A stretch of 64,000 nt of DNA from assembly GCA_000002445.1 (NCBI GenBank), contig CM000208.1, positions 480,001 to 544,000 on the forward strand, in the 5' to 3' direction. The translations under genes were made by a program, and so were the position numbers. Origin of the DNA: Trypanosoma brucei (Eukaryota). How positions within the stretch are numbered: the stretch's first letter is position 1; every line of letters starts with the position of its first letter. The notes beneath the pieces are model-generated. The model was not told the DNA's origin, made no database searches, and saw nothing but the letters and a program-made list of their open reading frames with translations. This document shows, piece after piece, positions 62,011 to 64,000 of this stretch.

Positions 62011-62610
62011 ATGTCCAGAAAATCTTATCTAACCGCAGTTGTAACTCGCTATGCACGTTCAATATCGAGTTCTAGCGCTTTAGATCGTTCTCTCAATCGC
62101 AACGGCTTCAAAAAGTCAGCGAAACATGAGACGACGGTTCCTCCGAGATCTTTCTTATCGTCATGCTTGAAGTTCACTCCTGTTGCATGGCTCATCCGAA
62201 ATGCCATGGGTATAGCGTTTTACCAATTAGTGTTGGAAGGCATCCTCACGGCCGTATGTTCTTTGATGCTTCTTGGGCATTACACTACAACTGCAGGCAT
62301 AAGGTCACGACTGGAGAGTTGCCATTATCCTTTCACCAGCTTCGTTGACTGGGATGGGGGCCAACACGACCAGAGTTTCACAGTTGGTCAATACCACTTG
62401 ACAGCAGAGGTGCTTACAGCGGCACACACAGCTCACAATATCGCCAGTGGATTGCTTCCTCTTCAATTAGTGGTGCTTGCGCTGACGTTCCCCGCAGCCA
62501 GGCGTGTGTGGGTTGGGGTGTCGACCCGCTCGAAGGCTCTGTGGCCCCACAAAGTTGAGGAGCAAATCTCCAACAATCCCTACGGAAAACGAAGAAACTA
62601 CCGAAGGTAA
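62011..62610 (+). CDS. Hypothetical small protein with one or two hydrophobic helices
   Basis: 199-aa + ORF downstream of a polypyrimidine tract (61930-61990). No similarity recognised. Weak support. Confidence 0.3.
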   Translation: MSRKSYLTAVVTRYARSISSSSALDRSLNRNGFKKSAKHETTVPPRSFLSSCLKFTPVAWLIRNAMGIAFYQLVLEGILTAVCSLMLLGHYTTTAGIRSRLESCHYPFTSFVDWDGGQHDQSFTVGQYHLTAEVLTAAHTAHNIASGLLPLQLVVLALTFPAARRVWVGVSTRSKALWPHKVEEQISNNPYGKRRNYRR

Positions 62611-63260
62611 TGCACCACACCTCGCACAAAGGAATGATGTTGCGTATTTATATGTGTGCGTGTGCCAAAATAGCTATCGTGTATTAGACCACCGCTCCTG
62701 TAGACCTAACTATACGCATTGAAGTGCGATATGCGGTTGCCTCGGCGTCTATCGTTTTCCCCTTATTTGTAACCATGGGTGTATTGAGGAGCATGACCTA
62801 ATTGTTGTTGGCTCTCCACCAGCAGCTAATTAACAGGTGAGTATGAAGCACAACTGTTGGCGTCGGCGGAAGTTTTATAAATGTTAATAAAGCTTACTTT
62901 TCCATGTAAGATCTTTTCCACTCCTGTTTGGTTCTTTAGTTCCTCTTTTTTTTTTGATACGTCCCTATTTTTTTCCCCATGGGCACGTGAAAACAAAAAG
63001 GGAAACAAACATTATCAACACAACGCTTGGGAGTGGTGTGCGTTCCAATTAAGCATAGCAGGAGTCATCATTCGTTATTGGTCGTATAAAAGGGTGAAGA
63101 ATAGGTGTAGTTGCTTCGGTCCAGTGGGCAAGTGTTAGGTAGCATCAACGGTTTCCCCTTCCCTTTTGAGCGAAACAACAACAACAACAAAAAAAAAAGG
63201 CATTCGGAGAAACTGGAGGGAGTAGGTGAAGCAGGAGGCGTATCGATAGGCTGTTCGCAC

Positions 63261-64000
63261 ATGCTGTGGATTCAAATATGTACATTTGTAGTGCTTTCCA
63301 CATGTCTTCTCGTTCCTGAGGTGGTGAACGCTTGGAGCTATGGAGAGCTTCTTCCCGTTAGCTTCCACTTACGCCTGAAGCGCACAGCTGCAGCCACAGA
63401 TATTCCCAGAGGAGCAGATGATATGATTGAAGTCAAGGAAACAAAAAATAACCAGTGGCTTATTACTCGTCCGCTTCCACCGGACAACAGTCCTCGTTTT
63501 GCAATTAACACACGAGCTCACCAACCATCCACGAGGCTTTTTGAGTACGCCACCAATGCAACAAAACAAGAAGGTGGCTCTATATCAGATGTTGCTGTCC
63601 GCTTTCAAATTGAGCGTGGCCTGGCCAAATCCACTGCTTGGTACCCCCTGATGAAAACTATCATAAAAAAAATAACGACGGAAAAAAGAAAATCGAAAGT
63701 GGAACACTCAAAGGAAGAACATTATCTAGCTGGCCTCAATTTCCACTTTGGCTATCAAAGCGGAACTTTTCACAAGATTACGTCTTTCAGGGTAGAGCCA
63801 ACGTACTCCAAAGTGAAGAACAACGACCTTGAACTTCATTACCAATGGACAGAGCACCGAACATATAACCCACACATTGCTCTCTGTATATGCTCCCTAG
63901 TCGCAGTTATAGCTGCATCATCTACTTTATCACTAATATTTACAAAAAAGACACACCTTACAAAAGCATTTAGTAAGAAAGAAGTAAGAGTAAAAAATCA
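63261..64000 (+). CDS. Hypothetical secreted/type-I membrane protein, 3'-partial (runs off the window end)
   Basis: This frame is open from ATG 63261 to the window edge and is absent from the ORF track, which only lists complete ORFs. The N-terminus MLWIQICTFVVLSTCLLVPEVVNA looks like a signal peptide. There is a hydrophobic helix near the edge (IALCICSLVAVIAASSTLSLIF). Upstream at 63150-63200 is a pyrimidine tract followed by (CAA)n and poly-A. Confidence 0.4.
   Translation, partial: MLWIQICTFVVLSTCLLVPEVVNAWSYGELLPVSFHLRLKRTAAATDIPRGADDMIEVKETKNNQWLITRPLPPDNSPRFAINTRAHQPSTRLFEYATNATKQEGGSISDVAVRFQIERGLAKSTAWYPLMKTIIKKITTEKRKSKVEHSKEEHYLAGLNFHFGYQSGTFHKITSFRVEPTYSKVKNNDLELHYQWTEHRTYNPHIALCICSLVAVIAASSTLSLIFTKKTHLTKAFSKKEVRVKN

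Noticed and set aside
1-64000. Prokaryotic feature classes (sigma-70 promoters, rho-independent terminators, operons, CRISPR arrays, IS elements)
   Set aside because: Gene structure, spacer composition and the protein families present (MVP, NXF, actin-like, PTS2 hexokinases) indicate a kinetoplastid nuclear genome. No direct-repeat/spacer array or IS-like inverted repeats were seen.

Overview
This window reads as a eukaryotic, kinetoplastid (Trypanosoma brucei-like) chromosome-internal segment, not a prokaryotic one. Every credible long ORF lies on the + strand and is intron-less, and the ORFs are separated by 0.3-1.7 kb spacers rich in polypyrimidine tracts and (TA)n microsatellites. That is the pattern of a single polycistronic transcription unit processed by trans-splicing and polyadenylation. 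The anchor is a tandem pair of nearly identical 471-aa hexokinase genes with PTS2-like N-termini and divergent C-terminal tails, which matches the T. brucei HK1/HK2 arrangement. The upstream neighbours (major vault protein, actin-like protein, DNA topoisomerase IA) are consistent with my recollection of the chr10 hexokinase locus, but that is memory and not a database check. I call about 24 protein-coding genes on +: a BNR/Asp-box protein, a WD40 protein, a tail-anchored hypothetical, a probably inactive calpain-like protein with an N-terminal RNI-type LRR module, a topoisomerase IA, a two-TM receptor-like protein carrying a cyclase-homology domain fused to an active STE-like kinase, a small pseudokinase, several RNI-like LRR proteins, a Puf/Nop9-like repeat protein, a large LRR-TPR-CHAT(caspase-like)-domain protein whose catalytic Cys appears substituted, a major vault protein, an actin-related protein, the two hexokinases, a PPR-like protein, a kinase with ARM/HEAT repeats, an NXF/Mex67-like export-factor paralogue, and a few small hypotheticals including a partial signal-peptide protein running off the 3' edge. 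I see no rRNA, tRNA or CRISPR and nothing that looks bacterial. The items worth follow-up are the domain-degenerate enzymes (calpain-like, pseudokinase, CHAT-like), the receptor-cyclase-kinase fusion, the paralogous LRR N-terminal module shared by two genes, short interstitial TTAGGG repeats in similar sequence context in two spacers, and a 3.6 kb ORF-poor stretch (4468-8131) that the coding annotation does not explain.
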